Positions 8,981-19,342 of a stretch of DNA of 64,000 bases are shown one piece after another (within the stretch, counting starts at the first letter, position 1; every line of letters starts with the position of its first letter). The notes beneath the pieces are model-generated. The model worked only from the letters and a program-made list of their open reading frames with translations. It did no database searches and had not been told where the DNA came from. The position numbers and the translations under genes are program-made. This DNA is from Promethearchaeia archaeon. GTDB lineage: Archaea; Asgardarchaeota; Lokiarchaeia; Sigyniarchaeales; SOKP01. Where the stretch lies: contig JAHQWG010000053.1 of the NCBI GenBank assembly GCA_029856045.1, forward strand, positions 1 through 64,000, written 5' to 3'.

Positions 8981-10714
8981 TTGATTGGATCATACTCAAA
9001 TATTTCAGAGGATATTTATCAACAACTAAAAAATATCGTGGGAGATGAATTTATCTCAAAAGATCTTGAAATATTATGGTGTTATGCATTTGATGGTACT
9101 ATGTTTAAAGAAAATACAGTCCCAGAAATCGTAATTTTACCTAAAAATAAAGATGAAATATCTGAAATTTTAAAAATAGCTAATAAAAATAAAATCATCA
9201 TTATTCCAAGAGGAAACGGAACAAGTTTAACTGGTGGCCCTATATCTATTTTTGGTGGTGGAATTATACTTGATTTGAGCAGAATGAATAAAATTCTCTC
9301 AATTGATATTCCAAATAATCTTACAGTGGTTGAACCCGGTGTAATTTGTGATGATCTTAATTTTGAATTGAATAAATATGAATATTTCTTTCCACCAGAC
9401 CCGGCTTCGAGCTGTATTTGCACAATAGGAGGGATGGTTGCCAATAATTCAGGTGGAGTTCAGGCATTTAAATATGGCGTAACCAAAGATTATGTAATAT
9501 TTCTAGAAGTTGTTCTTGCTGATGGACAAATAATAAATATTGGTTCTTTAGTTAGAAAATCAGTATCATCCTATAATTTCACTGGATTATTTGTTGGTTC
9601 TGAAGGCACCCTTGGAGTTATTACTAAAATTGGGCTTAAAATAATCCCCTTACCTAAATCTAGGAAAATGGGGCTTTTTATATTTGATTCAATTGAATCA
9701 ATCGTCCAAGCAGTTATTGAGTTAAGAAAAAATGGAATCATTCCAAACTTACTCGAATTTATGGATGAAACCACAACTAAAGCAAGCTTTGAATATCTTG
9801 GCGGAGAATTTCTTTCTTATCCTAAAGGAATTGTATTATTAGCGGAAGTCGATGGTAATAAAACACAAGTTGATTCTGATTTTGCAAAATTATTTAAAAT
9901 TATAATGAAATATAACCCAAAATTTCATAAAATAGCAGAATCTGATAAGGAAAGAGAAGTTTTATTAAACGCAAGGAAAGCAGCGCTACCAGCTCTCTCA
10001 AGAATTAAACCATCATGTTGTATAGAAGATTGTACAGTTTCAATCGAAAAATTCGCTAAATGTGTTCAAAAGATTAAGAAAATTACCGAAGAATTAGAAT
10101 TGGATAATATAGAGATTGCTAATTTCGGACATATGGATGGAAATATGCACCCAACATTTTTATTTAATGAGAACAATGAATTTGATCGTAAATCACTATT
10201 AGTAGCTATGAAATACTTATATGAAAAAATTGTGATACCATTAGGGGGAACAATTACCGGCGAACATGGAGTTGGTTCTATTAAAACTCCTTTTCTCAAA
10301 CTAGAATATGATAAAGAAACTTTAAATCTAATGAGAGGGATTAAACTTTTTTTTGATCCCAATATGATTCTTAACCCAGGTAAAGGAAAAGGAGACCCTC
10401 GGATAATAAAAAATAATATATTGAATAGAAAGTTAAAAATTCCAGGAGATTTAGCTTTATCTTGTATGAGGTGCGGATTCTGTATCCCACTATGCCCATC
10501 AAAAGATTATTATAAATTCGAAGCATATACCCCAAGAGGGAGATTAAATATATTAAATGGATTAGTTCATGGAGATTTAAAATTATCAGAGAAAATCAAT
10601 GAAATTTTGCATACTTGCATTCTTTGTGGTGCATGTTCTGTATTGTGCCCTGCAGGAGTGAAAACTTATGAAATCTTTGAGAAAGCCAGAGAATTAATAC
10701 ATAAAAAAACTTAA
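8981..10714 (+). CDS. FAD-linked 2-hydroxyacid (D-lactate/glycolate) dehydrogenase fused to a 2x[4Fe-4S] domain
   Basis: PRGNGTS, PPDPAS, GSEGTLG, GEHGVG, NPGK; C-terminal CMRCGFC..LCP and CILCGAC..LCP. Confidence 0.9.
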   Translation: MIGSYSNISEDIYQQLKNIVGDEFISKDLEILWCYAFDGTMFKENTVPEIVILPKNKDEISEILKIANKNKIIIIPRGNGTSLTGGPISIFGGGIILDLSRMNKILSIDIPNNLTVVEPGVICDDLNFELNKYEYFFPPDPASSCICTIGGMVANNSGGVQAFKYGVTKDYVIFLEVVLADGQIINIGSLVRKSVSSYNFTGLFVGSEGTLGVITKIGLKIIPLPKSRKMGLFIFDSIESIVQAVIELRKNGIIPNLLEFMDETTTKASFEYLGGEFLSYPKGIVLLAEVDGNKTQVDSDFAKLFKIIMKYNPKFHKIAESDKEREVLLNARKAALPALSRIKPSCCIEDCTVSIEKFAKCVQKIKKITEELELDNIEIANFGHMDGNMHPTFLFNENNEFDRKSLLVAMKYLYEKIVIPLGGTITGEHGVGSIKTPFLKLEYDKETLNLMRGIKLFFDPNMILNPGKGKGDPRIIKNNILNRKLKIPGDLALSCMRCGFCIPLCPSKDYYKFEAYTPRGRLNILNGLVHGDLKLSEKINEILHTCILCGACSVLCPAGVKTYEIFEKARELIHKKT

Positions 10715-10779
10715 ATTGTTTTATCCCCCAAATACAAAACATTAATAAATTTGAAAATTTAATTTAGAAATGAATATTC

Positions 10780-13458
10780 TTGGAAAAACGTTTAATTATA
10801 AAACTGAGTGCATCCGTTGTAGGCATGCTCTTATTAAGTGCTTTCTTAATAACTCCAATTGGAATTTTGCCAGGGTTAGGTAGTCTTTTATCTCCTATTG
10901 GAGGAATTTGGAATGGACCAAATTACGCAGAATACCCTTCAATGAAAGAAGTTAGAGGGACAGGATATAGTGGAACTGTATATAGAGATGAATTAGGAAT
11001 TCCACATATATTTACCTCGGGTCAAAACGACTTATCTTATATTATCGGTTATTTACAAGCAATTGATCGATTATTTAGTATGGACATGCAGAAAAGAGTA
11101 ATTACTGGCAGGGTCTCAGAGATATTGGGATCAAATAGCCTTGAAATGGACAAGTACTATAGATTATTAGGGTTTGCGCGAAGCGCTGAGGAACTATGGA
11201 ATAAAATAGAAGAAGATGCCCAATCGGACCTTGAATTACTATTGTTAATAGATTCTATGCGAGCTTATTGTGCAGGGGTAAATAGATACATCGATGAGAT
11301 CACTCCAAATAACCTCCCACTAGAATATATACTCTTAGGCCTACAGCCAGAATATTGGACGGTTTTGGACATTTTGACATTTGTGAAATATGAATCCTGG
11401 GCATTGACCTATAGTGAATTTGATATTGCAATGACCATCATTAGAGATGCCATGGGAGACGATATACCACCTGAATTAGTCCCCTATGAGCCATTTCCAT
11501 TTGAAAAAGTAGTAGTTCCTAATTTCAAGGATAATACATCTGGTGGTATTCCCAAACCTAAAAGTTCTGCAATGGGAAATGGTGGTGGTTTTAGCCAGAG
11601 TAGTTTAGAAAAAATCCCTGAATTAAAAGAAGATTTACAAGGGATTTTTAACCTATTTCAGAATTTCAACCTTTTTGGATTGAAGGATCAAATAATTCAA
11701 GCTTGTTCAAATAATTGGGTGATAAATGGAAGTCTGTCATACTCAGGAAAACCGATCTTGTGTAACGATCCTCATTTTCAATTAATTTTACCATCGGTCT
11801 TGTGGGAGTTTCATTTCGTTAATACATCAGAAAATTTTTACAATAGTCTTTATGGTGTTGCATTTCCGGGTGCTCCTTCTGCGGTAATGGGTCACACAGC
11901 TTACATTTCTTGGGGTATGACCAATAGTTTCTACGATCAAAATGATTTCTATCTTGAAAAATTAAATAATGAAGGTACAAAATATATCTTCAATAACACG
12001 GAACGAGATATAGAAACCGTCACAGAATTAATAAAAATAAAAGGACAATCGGACTATAATTATGAAATTAAATTCACGCGACATAACTGGACTGAACAAG
12101 ATAATTTCAAGTGCCCGATAATCAATTCAACGGAATTTGGTTATCCTGGAAATCTAAACATTTCAATAAAGTGGCCAGGGTATGCACCAGATTACGGTAT
12201 ATTAAAAGGTTTTTATAGGCTTAATAACGCGAAGAATATAAATGATTTTATAGAAGCAATGAGAGTATATGGCTGTCCTGGGTTAAATTTTATTTATGCG
12301 GACGTGGAAGGAAACATAGCCATCTATCCAAAGGGTAATTATCCAGTTAGAAATGCAACGGGAGTTGTCAAGGAAGGTAGATATATAATGAATGGTAGTA
12401 ATGGAGAGGATGAATGGACTGGCTATATTCCGTTTGATTGGATCCCGCATAAAATAAACCCTCCAGATCAGATGTATCTAGCTTCAGCGAATCAACGAAC
12501 TGTGAACACAACTGAATATACAAAGTATTATACCTCATATGGTTTTGTGAATTCTTATAGAAGCCGGAGAATTAATCAGTTATTAGAAAATGAATCGTAT
12601 TATCACAAGACATTTGGCACGAACATTACGATTGAAAAAATGAAAAAGTTTCAGACGGATTATTATGATATTGCGGCGGAGGTTTTTGTCCCCATTTTAC
12701 TTGAGACCCTTAAAAACGCCTATCCCACTGGAGTACCAGCTACAGGTGAAACTGAATTATTGTACATGTCAATCGAAGCTTTAAAGGCTTGGAATGAAAG
12801 TGATGCTCGATGGATAATGGATAAAGACCTCATAGCACCGACGATTTTCAATGTATGGCTGGAAATTTATCAAAATTTCACCTTTTTAGACGAGTTCGAA
12901 GATGCTAATGTCAATATTGGTGGAAGAGTGGCATATCTAACAGATTATCTCGAGTATTTAACAAGGTATAATCAGACTTCAAAATGGTTCGATAGTATTT
13001 CCACATCAGGAACAACTGAAAATGCTTCAATGATTATGTTGATGGCATTGAATGAAACAATGGAAGTATTAAGTACTGATTTTGAAAACTTCAACGATTG
13101 GTTATGGAGAAATTTTCACATAATGGACATTCAATATTTACAGGGACTGGTACCAGCGTTTAATATGCCGAAATATGGTTGTTCGGGTAGTTCAAGAACA
13201 TTGAATGTGGCATCTGGATATTTTATCCATTCTGGACCATGTATGAGGTTGATCGTAGATTTTGAAAAATTAGTAAATCAAGAACTCTATAGCGGATATA
13301 TATCTATTCCTGGTGGTCAATCTGGTAATCCTCTGAGCTCGCATTATGATGATAATTATCAAATCTGGAAGAACAATGATTATTATCAAATATTATTTCC
13401 GCGAAATATAAGTGCATATCCCTTAAATAAAATATATTCAACCGTGATTTTCAGTTAA
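10780..13458 (+). CDS. Membrane-anchored penicillin acylase family Ntn-hydrolase
   Basis: RDELGIPHI, SNNW nucleophile, NDPH, ASANQR, PGGQSGNP; N-terminal TM. Confidence 0.92.
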   Translation: MEKRLIIKLSASVVGMLLLSAFLITPIGILPGLGSLLSPIGGIWNGPNYAEYPSMKEVRGTGYSGTVYRDELGIPHIFTSGQNDLSYIIGYLQAIDRLFSMDMQKRVITGRVSEILGSNSLEMDKYYRLLGFARSAEELWNKIEEDAQSDLELLLLIDSMRAYCAGVNRYIDEITPNNLPLEYILLGLQPEYWTVLDILTFVKYESWALTYSEFDIAMTIIRDAMGDDIPPELVPYEPFPFEKVVVPNFKDNTSGGIPKPKSSAMGNGGGFSQSSLEKIPELKEDLQGIFNLFQNFNLFGLKDQIIQACSNNWVINGSLSYSGKPILCNDPHFQLILPSVLWEFHFVNTSENFYNSLYGVAFPGAPSAVMGHTAYISWGMTNSFYDQNDFYLEKLNNEGTKYIFNNTERDIETVTELIKIKGQSDYNYEIKFTRHNWTEQDNFKCPIINSTEFGYPGNLNISIKWPGYAPDYGILKGFYRLNNAKNINDFIEAMRVYGCPGLNFIYADVEGNIAIYPKGNYPVRNATGVVKEGRYIMNGSNGEDEWTGYIPFDWIPHKINPPDQMYLASANQRTVNTTEYTKYYTSYGFVNSYRSRRINQLLENESYYHKTFGTNITIEKMKKFQTDYYDIAAEVFVPILLETLKNAYPTGVPATGETELLYMSIEALKAWNESDARWIMDKDLIAPTIFNVWLEIYQNFTFLDEFEDANVNIGGRVAYLTDYLEYLTRYNQTSKWFDSISTSGTTENASMIMLMALNETMEVLSTDFENFNDWLWRNFHIMDIQYLQGLVPAFNMPKYGCSGSSRTLNVASGYFIHSGPCMRLIVDFEKLVNQELYSGYISIPGGQSGNPLSSHYDDNYQIWKNNDYYQILFPRNISAYPLNKIYSTVIFS

Positions 13459-13472
13459 TGGAGAGTGTTTAA

Positions 13473-13877
13473 ATGAGTATCGTTACTGGTATAAAAGAAT
13501 TATTTTATTCAGAGAATGTTTTTATAGGATTTATCATTGCATTTGTACTTGCACTTTATTTAGAAATAACTGGTGTATATTTATTAATGCTTTTGGTTGG
13601 TGGCGTTGCAGGATTTTTTGTAAAAAGGGGATGGCTCAGTTTCATCATTGGGTTTATGAGTGTGGCTTTAGCATGGGGAATATATTTCATATTTTTCGCA
13701 TTCATTGGACCATTAGGAGAGTTTTTTATCCTGATTGGTTCGATAATTGGGATATCTGGAGTAATTTTAATGATATTATCCTTAATAATAGGGGGATTAT
13801 TAGGTGGAATCGGAGCACTCGTTGGAGCTTACACCACACAATTAATTTTAGGAGATAAATACATTAGAAAATCATAA
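13473..13877 (+). CDS. Small Gly-rich 4-TM membrane protein
   Basis: Hydrophobic helices; 14 bp downstream of the acylase. Confidence 0.8.
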   Translation: MSIVTGIKELFYSENVFIGFIIAFVLALYLEITGVYLLMLLVGGVAGFFVKRGWLSFIIGFMSVALAWGIYFIFFAFIGPLGEFFILIGSIIGISGVILMILSLIIGGLLGGIGALVGAYTTQLILGDKYIRKS

Positions 13878-13884
13878 AATTTGG

Positions 13885-13959
13885 GATTTTCGGAGCGAAC
13901 TTCCGACTACTTTGATTGGTAAGGTTTTAAAAAGAGCGCTAGGGGAAGAAGCAAAATAA
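13885..13959 (+). pseudogene. C-terminal remnant of an AMP-forming acyl-CoA ligase
   Basis: Manual translation DFRSELPTTLIGKVLKRALGEEAK* matches the A10 motif (ELPxTxxGKVL); no upstream coding part. Confidence 0.7.
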
Positions 13960-14132
13960 TATTCCAAATCATTGTAATCTTTTAAAATTTTCATATAAAA
14001 ATTTCTAAAAGATAAAAATTTGACAACACACAAAGTTCATAAGATTTATCCATGTTCGGATAATCAGCTGAACTAATTCATAAAAACTTTAAATATATCA
14101 CATGGGTTTTTATTTATTTCTTATTCTAGATT

Positions 14133-14600
14133 TTATCTTTTTTTTCTCGCTCTCATCTTTGTTTTCTCTATAAATTCAAGGCAAACCCCTAATACCTCTG
14201 TTGTATCAAAATAGTCCCATTTTAGATTGGCAAATTGACTCGCATTAACGGATTGAAATCCCATTTCTTTCATTTTGGTTGAATATGATTCTAGATTCTC
14301 AATATATACACCATAATGATGTAATCCTTCTTTTCCTTGCTCAATAAATTCCTTATAAATACAATCTCCATCAACCCATTGGATTAATTCTAACTCTAAC
14401 ATGCCCAATTGGCTAAATCCTGCCTTAATATCAACTATAGTGCGTTTATCTCGAAATTGGGTATCCAGATTTGGAACGTTTATAATTTGAAATTTTGGTA
14501 AACCTAGGATTTCTTCCATTAATTTAGATTGTTTTTCAATATTTTTATAAACATATCCCAATTGTCCAATTTTAAGTTCAGAAAATTTTATCTCTACCAA
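14133..14600 (-). CDS. VOC/glyoxalase family protein (methylmalonyl-CoA epimerase-like)
   Basis: QLGYV, LELELIQ, EGLHHYG, LEFIE. Confidence 0.85.
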   Translation of the reverse strand: MVEIKFSELKIGQLGYVYKNIEKQSKLMEEILGLPKFQIINVPNLDTQFRDKRTIVDIKAGFSQLGMLELELIQWVDGDCIYKEFIEQGKEGLHHYGVYIENLESYSTKMKEMGFQSVNASQFANLKWDYFDTTEVLGVCLEFIEKTKMRARKKR

Positions 14601-14732
14601 ATAGTTGTCACCAAATAAATTTTAATATTTTAATTTAGATCTTTAGAATTTTGTTTTTAAATATTATTTCAATTATTAATTTAATATAATAACTTTGGTT
14701 ATTTTTAAGAAATCGTTATCTTAAGAACGATC

Positions 14733-15623
14733 ATGATTTGGAAAACCCGTATAAATCAAATGACAAAAACAAAATATCCTGTAATTATGGGGGCATTTGT
14801 AGGATTAGGTAAAGCAGATTTTGCTGCTCCATTTTCTGAAGCTGGTGGTTTGGGAATTATCACTGCCTTAAATTTTAAAACTCCTAACCGCTTTAAACAA
14901 GAACTGGCACATATGAAAGAATTGACAGAAAAACCATTCGGTGTAAATTTTTCTGTAGTCCCACCCCAAGTAAAAGGAGGATTTCACTTAACAGAAAACT
15001 CAAAACGTAATTATTTATCGTATGTTGAGATTGCGTTAGTAGAAGGAGTAAAAATTTTTACAACTTCAGCTTATCAAGCAACATTTATTGGAGAGAGATT
15101 ACATGAAGCAGGATGCTATTGGTTTCATAAATCTGCTACGATAAGACATGCCATAAGCGCAGAAAGGGCTGGTGCAGATGCGGTCACAATTGTTGGATTA
15201 GAAGGAACAGGTTTTAAAAATCCTCTTACCCAAACAACCTTGGTAAATATTACAATGGCAAGAAGGTTACTTAAAATCCCAATAATTGCAGCAGGAGGTA
15301 TCGGTGATGCGAGAGGATTTTTGGGGGCTCTAGCAATGGGCGCAGAAGCCGCTTGTTTTGGAACAGCAGTTATGGTATGCGAAGAAAGTCCTGCAGCATT
15401 AAAACTGAAAGAAAAATGGATAAATGAAGATATTTTTACGGAGGATTACCACCAAAAGATTTATCATCTTAAATTGAGAGATACAGTTCTTCCTTCAATG
15501 GCAATCGGTCATCGAAAGAAAATAATAACAATCAAGGAGTTTATTGAAGAAATTATGAATGAATCAGAAGTGATATTAAGATCTTGGGGATTCACTGCAG
15601 AAGAGTTTAATACAATTTTCTAA
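14733..15623 (+). CDS. Nitronate monooxygenase/FabK-like FMN oxidoreductase
   Basis: SEAGGLGII, KPFGVN, IAAGGIGDARG, GAEAACFGT. Confidence 0.88.
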   Translation: MIWKTRINQMTKTKYPVIMGAFVGLGKADFAAPFSEAGGLGIITALNFKTPNRFKQELAHMKELTEKPFGVNFSVVPPQVKGGFHLTENSKRNYLSYVEIALVEGVKIFTTSAYQATFIGERLHEAGCYWFHKSATIRHAISAERAGADAVTIVGLEGTGFKNPLTQTTLVNITMARRLLKIPIIAAGGIGDARGFLGALAMGAEAACFGTAVMVCEESPAALKLKEKWINEDIFTEDYHQKIYHLKLRDTVLPSMAIGHRKKIITIKEFIEEIMNESEVILRSWGFTAEEFNTIF

Positions 15624-15731
15624 ACGTTAAACTATATAATTCTTTATTTTTTCTACGAATTCCTGAAAGTATTTAATAAAATTTTTCCTACCAAAAATTT
15701 TTAAAATAAAAATTGATCTTTAACAATAGAT

Positions 15732-16250
15732 ATGTCATCACCTCCCCCTCCACAAACTCCTAATTCAAGAAGATCTCGGAGATTTGAAACCAGAGAATTA
15801 GTTGAAATAATAAGAAATGCGATGGAAATATATGACGATCAATGGGAACAAGAATCCATTTCAATTAGAGCAGTTCCCAGATATCAAGAGGATTATAACA
15901 AACTTACAGTAGAAGAAAAGGAAAAATTTCATGAATTCTTAGAATTGGGTTCGATTTGTCCAATTTGTAAAGCTAAAAATCATGTAAATTATTTAAAAAA
16001 ATTTTATTTTAATAAAAAACCTGATAAAATAAATCTAAAAAATAGTTTATTGAAATTAATGGAACGATCTAAAGATTCTAGTAAAAATATCTCAATTGGA
16101 ATACCTTGCTGTAGCTGTTATAGAAAAGTTTTCAATCAGAATAAATCTAATTTAACTATATCACTGAATAGATCGAATTCACGTATGCGATTGATAACAA
16201 TTCAACTTCCTGAGGAATATATAAATTCATTAGATAGGTTAGTTCGATAA
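15732..16250 (+). CDS. CxxC...CCxC zinc-binding protein ending in half of a ribbon-helix-helix motif
   Basis: CPIC and CCSC; C-terminus MRLITIQLPEEYINSLDRLVR; N-terminal PPPPP. Confidence 0.65.
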   Translation: MSSPPPPQTPNSRRSRRFETRELVEIIRNAMEIYDDQWEQESISIRAVPRYQEDYNKLTVEEKEKFHEFLELGSICPICKAKNHVNYLKKFYFNKKPDKINLKNSLLKLMERSKDSSKNISIGIPCCSCYRKVFNQNKSNLTISLNRSNSRMRLITIQLPEEYINSLDRLVR

Positions 16251-16303
16251 AACAATATCAATTTTAAGATCTAATATGGGTTAGAAAAAGTATTGAAAAT
16301 AAA

Positions 16304-17770
16304 TTAATTACAATCTGTCCTTTTTTGACCGTATTCATATAAGGCTAAATATGATTTTGCGGCCCTTTGAATTGTTGGATATACTAAAAAATCATTTTCC
16401 TTAAGCTTTTTGTAGAATATTTGCCGATCCTCATCAGGATATTCATGTAAAATTATTATCAGGATTTTATTAAGAGAACGCACATAATCCTTAATTCTAA
16501 TTAAATTTTTAAAATAGCCTTGGAACCACTGTCCACCAAATTTTCCCGGCGTATCTGTTTCTATTATTACCAAATCTATGTTTTCTGAAATGGCAACCTT
16601 GGAAATTTCATAAAATGCGTCTATATATGTAATCCATGGTAAATCTAACGGATTAGAATAGGATCCTACCTTTATAGGATAAATTTCTATCAATTTTTCT
16701 TTTATTTTTCCTTCAAATAGCGGCATATTTAAACCTAATTTGGTTAAGCTATCTGTAGCAAGAATCCCGAAACCTCCAGACCATAAAATAACCAAGGTAT
16801 TCTTTCCCTTAGGAAATATGAGTTCTTTATTCAATTTTTCTTGATTTCTTTTATCACTAAAAAAATGATTGAACATGTAAGCATAATCAATCATTTGTTC
16901 TAAGGATGTTTCTACCTCAATTGTTGGTGTTTGTTTAATAATAGCATCCCAAATATTCTGTTTTGTCGCAATTGAACCGGTATGACTTAAAACTGCGGTC
17001 TTAGAACGTTTTGTTGTCCCTCCATTCATAAATAATACGGGTTTTTTCATGTGTTTTAGAACATGGAATAACTTTTTTCCTTCTTCTCTGTGAAATCTTG
17101 AAAATCCTTCGAAATATACGCAAATTATATCTGTTTCTTCATCCTGATTGTAATATTCTAAAATATCAGACATTTGCAAATCTACACAATTTCCTATACT
17201 AGCGCCTTTAGAAAATTTAAGACCATATCTTAGAAAACCAAATTTTATGAGTTTAGTATGTAGATCACCTGAATGGAAAACACTTGCGATATTACCACTT
17301 TCAATTGGGAATAAAAAATGATAAGCATTATGACCCTTAGGGCAATAAACCCCCATACAGTTGGGACCAATTGCTCGCGTATTTATTTCCTTATTATCTA
17401 AAATTTTTTTTATTTCTTCTTCGATTTGACTTCCAATTTCATCAGATTCCCCTGTACCAGCTGTGAATATATGGAAAAAATTTACCTTTTTAATACTTAA
17501 AATTTTTTTTATAGTCTGAACAAGTTTTTCTCTCCTAACTGCTAATATGAAAAGATCAATAGTGTCTGCAGGAACTTCTTCAATTGTTTTATAACACTTT
17601 ATATCATAAATCTCTGTTTCTGTAGGAGAAATTAAGTAGAGATTCTCTTTCTTAAATCCTTGTTTGTTTAGACCTTTAATAAAGTAACTTAATTTATATT
17701 TTGCTTCAAAAATAGCAATATTTCTTGGTTTGAACAAAAAGTCTAGTGATTTAAGTTCTTTATTATTCAT
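16304..17770 (-). CDS. ADP-forming acyl-CoA synthetase alpha-subunit-like CoA-binding protein
   Basis: IGPNCMG, SIGN..D, SHTGS phospho-His, SGGFG, NPLD. Confidence 0.87.
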   Translation of the reverse strand: MNNKELKSLDFLFKPRNIAIFEAKYKLSYFIKGLNKQGFKKENLYLISPTETEIYDIKCYKTIEEVPADTIDLFILAVRREKLVQTIKKILSIKKVNFFHIFTAGTGESDEIGSQIEEEIKKILDNKEINTRAIGPNCMGVYCPKGHNAYHFLFPIESGNIASVFHSGDLHTKLIKFGFLRYGLKFSKGASIGNCVDLQMSDILEYYNQDEETDIICVYFEGFSRFHREEGKKLFHVLKHMKKPVLFMNGGTTKRSKTAVLSHTGSIATKQNIWDAIIKQTPTIEVETSLEQMIDYAYMFNHFFSDKRNQEKLNKELIFPKGKNTLVILWSGGFGILATDSLTKLGLNMPLFEGKIKEKLIEIYPIKVGSYSNPLDLPWITYIDAFYEISKVAISENIDLVIIETDTPGKFGGQWFQGYFKNLIRIKDYVRSLNKILIIILHEYPDEDRQIFYKKLKENDFLVYPTIQRAAKSYLALYEYGQKRTDCN

Positions 17771-17887
17771 CTATATTCTAATATAGAAATAAAGTAAAAA
17801 AAATAACTTTTATTAATTATTAAAATCAAAAAGTATATAATTTTAAAAATGAATAAAATCAAAAAAAATATTGAATAGGGTAATTAT

Positions 17888-18835
17888 ATGAATCCAAGCG
17901 AAATAAAACATGTTCTAGTAGTTGGAGCCGGTACAATGGGTCATTCAATTGCACAAGTTTTTGCTCAATATGGGATGGAAGTTGATTTGGTTGATAAAAA
18001 TCAAACAGTATTAGAACATGCTCTTAATTTAATAAAATCAAATTTAACAGTATTAGCAGAATTTGGACGTGTCTCAAGTAGTGATATTTCGAAAATTGTA
18101 GATCGAATTCATCCCTCAACTAATCTCGCTACTGCCGCTCAAAATGCGGATTACGTCATAGAAGCGGTGAATGAAAATTCTGAAATAAAGAAGGAAGTTT
18201 TTTTACAATTAGATGAAAATTGTTCTGAAGATATAGTATTGGCAAGTAATACTTCAGGACTAGATATTTTTAGCATTGTAGATATTAAAAAACCTGAAAG
18301 ATTAATAATTCACCATTGGTTCCATCCACCCTATATAATTCCATTAGTTGAAATAGTACCAGGACCTAAAACACCTCCAGAACTGATTTCTTTCTCGGTT
18401 AAATTAATGGAAAGCCTTGGTAAAAAGCCAATAGTATTGAAAAAGTTTACTCAATTATTTATTATCAATCGAATTCAGGGTGTTTTAAATCTCCAAGTTT
18501 ATGAAATGATAGCAAAAGGCTGGATAACTCCCGAAGATATTGATCTCGCAGTGAAAACTAGCTTGGGTATTCGATTACCAATTGTAGGTTTAGTTCAGAC
18601 TCAAGATTTTACAGGACTTGATTTAATTCTTGATGTTCAAAAAAACATGCGTATGAATCGTAAATATCCTCAAGTGGAAAATTTAGTAAAGCAAGGACGT
18701 CTTGGTATCAAAACTAGCAAAGGTTTCTATGATTATAGTGGACGGAGTGAAGAAGAAGTGCTTAAAAAGAGAGATAGACTATATTTAAAAATGCTAGATT
18801 TTCTTGAAAAAATAAACGCCTTTGAACCAGTTTAG
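17888..18835 (+). CDS. 3-hydroxyacyl-CoA dehydrogenase
   Basis: GAGTMG, IEAVNE, ASNTSGL, HWFHPP, GRLGIKTSKGFYDY. Confidence 0.93.
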   Translation: MNPSEIKHVLVVGAGTMGHSIAQVFAQYGMEVDLVDKNQTVLEHALNLIKSNLTVLAEFGRVSSSDISKIVDRIHPSTNLATAAQNADYVIEAVNENSEIKKEVFLQLDENCSEDIVLASNTSGLDIFSIVDIKKPERLIIHHWFHPPYIIPLVEIVPGPKTPPELISFSVKLMESLGKKPIVLKKFTQLFIINRIQGVLNLQVYEMIAKGWITPEDIDLAVKTSLGIRLPIVGLVQTQDFTGLDLILDVQKNMRMNRKYPQVENLVKQGRLGIKTSKGFYDYSGRSEEEVLKKRDRLYLKMLDFLEKINAFEPV

Positions 18836-18841
18836 TATTTT

Positions 18842-19327
18842 TCAATCCTTTATTTCATCAATAAAAACATATCTCTTATCTAAAAAGAACTTGGTAAGAT
18901 AACCTATGCTTAAAGCAATAATAAAACTAATCTCGAGTGGTGTTCCAATAAAATTCGTGAAAATAAACTGAATTCCAATATTTTCTACAGTTGTTAGAAT
19001 TGCAAACAAGAAATATTTTATGAATTGTTTGGATGTTTCTTTAATCTCCATGCTCTTTTTCTTAAACACATAAAATTTATCCAAGAAAAATTTAATAATA
19101 TAAGTAATTCCAACGGCTATTATTGAACCTACTAATTCAGGCATATTGTAAGGATATATCGAGCAATAAAATGTTTGTATTAAATCAATTTCACTGAAAT
19201 TAGCACATATAAATGGTGCTAACCATATCTGATTAATTTTTTGGATTAAATAATTAAGACCAATCATTAGAGCAGCAAAAATAAAATAATACATCAATTG
19301 TTTTTTTATTTCATTTTCTTCTTCCAT
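18842..19327 (-). CDS. GtrA-family membrane protein (putative flippase)
   Basis: Duplicated KFFLDK.YVF motif; QFIKY. Confidence 0.82.
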   Translation of the reverse strand: MEEENEIKKQLMYYFIFAALMIGLNYLIQKINQIWLAPFICANFSEIDLIQTFYCSIYPYNMPELVGSIIAVGITYIIKFFLDKFYVFKKKSMEIKETSKQFIKYFLFAILTTVENIGIQFIFTNFIGTPLEISFIIALSIGYLTKFFLDKRYVFIDEIKD

Positions 19328-19342
19328 AGAAAACCTCTCTTT

